Source: Candidatus Poseidoniaceae archaeon
GTDB taxonomy: Archaea; Thermoplasmatota; Poseidoniia; Poseidoniales; Poseidoniaceae
Length of the DNA: 46,444 nt
NCBI GenBank assembly: GCA_022452125.1
Contig: JAKURJ010000002.1
Location: forward strand, 1 to 46,444
Direction of reading: 5' to 3'
Below the pieces are notes generated by a model. The model had not been told where the DNA came from, ran no database searches, and saw only the letters and a program-made list of their open reading frames with translations. A program made the position numbers and the translations under genes. Of this stretch, positions 45,681-46,444 are shown one piece after another (the stretch's first letter is position 1; each line of letters starts with the position of its first letter).

Positions 45681-46444
45681 ATGCGAAAGCCTCGCCCACT
45701 GGTTATGGCAATCGACCCTGAGTCATTTGACGAGCCGGTCAAAGACTACGATTTTGCATCATTAGGAGATGCTTCTTCACTTATCGACCAGATGGCAACA
45801 GCCGGTGGTTTCACAGCAACCAAACTTGCCTATGCTAGAGACATTCTCAAAGACATGAAGGCAGAGATTGACGAAGTTGATGGCGATGCAAGCAAAGTCA
45901 CTAATTGGCTTTCTTTCCCTGCATGCCTGTGTGCCACCGGGACAAGGGGATTCTTTGTTGAAGCTGTAAAGCGAAAAATGTTCAACGTAGTGTCAACAAC
46001 ATGTGGAATGCTTGACCACGATATTGCTAGAGCGTACAAGCACTACTATCACGGCGCGTTCGAGTTAGATGACATTGAGTTGGGGGAGCATGAATTGATG
46101 CGACTAGGTAATGTAATCGTTCCAAACGCTAGTTATGGTGAAATTATAGAAGCAGTGGTCCTTCCAGTGCTCGAAGATATCAGAAATGCCGGCCTATCTG
46201 AAACTGGTAAAGAAGGAGCTGATGCATGGGTCGGATTCGGTTCAATCCACTTAGTTTGGGAACTTGGCAAGAGAATCGGAACCCCTGATTCTTTGATATA
46301 TTGGGCTTACAAGAACAAAATCCCTGTATGTATCCCTGGAATCACTGATGGCAGTATTGGCGCTCAGTTGTTCATGTTTAGGCAAAAATATCGTGATTTC
46401 CACATCGATACTCTGGCTAATGAACAAGTAATGAGCGACCTAAC
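45681..46444 (+). CDS. dys: Deoxyhypusine synthase (3'-truncated by the window end)
   Basis: Own translation of the open frame (not in the track because it has no stop): 'AGGFTATKL', 'VVSTTCGMLDHD', 'LGNVIVPN' and 'PGITDGSIG'. Confidence 0.75.
   Translation, partial: MRKPRPLVMAIDPESFDEPVKDYDFASLGDASSLIDQMATAGGFTATKLAYARDILKDMKAEIDEVDGDASKVTNWLSFPACLCATGTRGFFVEAVKRKMFNVVSTTCGMLDHDIARAYKHYYHGAFELDDIELGEHELMRLGNVIVPNASYGEIIEAVVLPVLEDIRNAGLSETGKEGADAWVGFGSIHLVWELGKRIGTPDSLIYWAYKNKIPVCIPGITDGSIGAQLFMFRQKYRDFHIDTLANEQVMSDL

Noticed and set aside
1-46444. CRISPR arrays, rRNA genes, IS elements, integrases or prophage genes
   Set aside because: No regularly spaced direct repeats, rRNA-like stretches, transposase/integrase motifs or terminal inverted repeats were seen on visual scanning. 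The only sizeable non-coding region is 6699-7196.

Overview
This is a compact, roughly 95% coding segment of an archaeal chromosome. Archaeal hallmarks are a Bud32/KEOPS kinase, deoxyhypusine synthase, a geranylgeranyl reductase, a FlaI/FlaJ-type pilus locus, a UPF0200 kinase and a long FKBP. Gene content and the acidic proteins suggest a marine heterotrophic euryarchaeon (MGII/Poseidoniales-like), but that is inference and is not verifiable here. Most of the window is ordinary core metabolism: acyl-CoA and leucine catabolism (hbd, three crotonases, ALDH, a methylcrotonyl-CoA carboxylase set), quinone and lipid genes (GGR, UbiD/UbiA, a CcmF-like protein), NadA, CrcB, RdgB, an Mrp/ApbC ATPase, an ABC-2 exporter and a type IV pilus-like operon. 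The outstanding region is 3405-7196. It holds a low-GC, tightly coupled four-gene operon of unassignable function: a GNAT-like protein, an unknown protein, a C39-like Cys peptidase and a 441-aa protein. The operon starts 17 nt after the 3' end of a tandem pair of tRNA-Arg genes, one of which has an ACG anticodon that is unusual for Archaea. Upstream of the tRNAs lies the only long non-coding stretch in the window (~500 bp), which carries a perfect 20-bp palindrome, two further palindromes and an Arg-rich mini-ORF. Other notable points:
- uvrB is interrupted by an in-frame TAG at a conserved Tyr codon.
- The PaaA/BoxB-like gene at the left edge may also be interrupted.
- A membrane protein carries a retroviral-type CCHC zinc knuckle.
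- The Mrp/NBP35 homologue lacks its CXXC motif.
- GC-rich triloop hairpins recur at gene junctions.

No CRISPR array, rRNA, transposase or integrase was seen.
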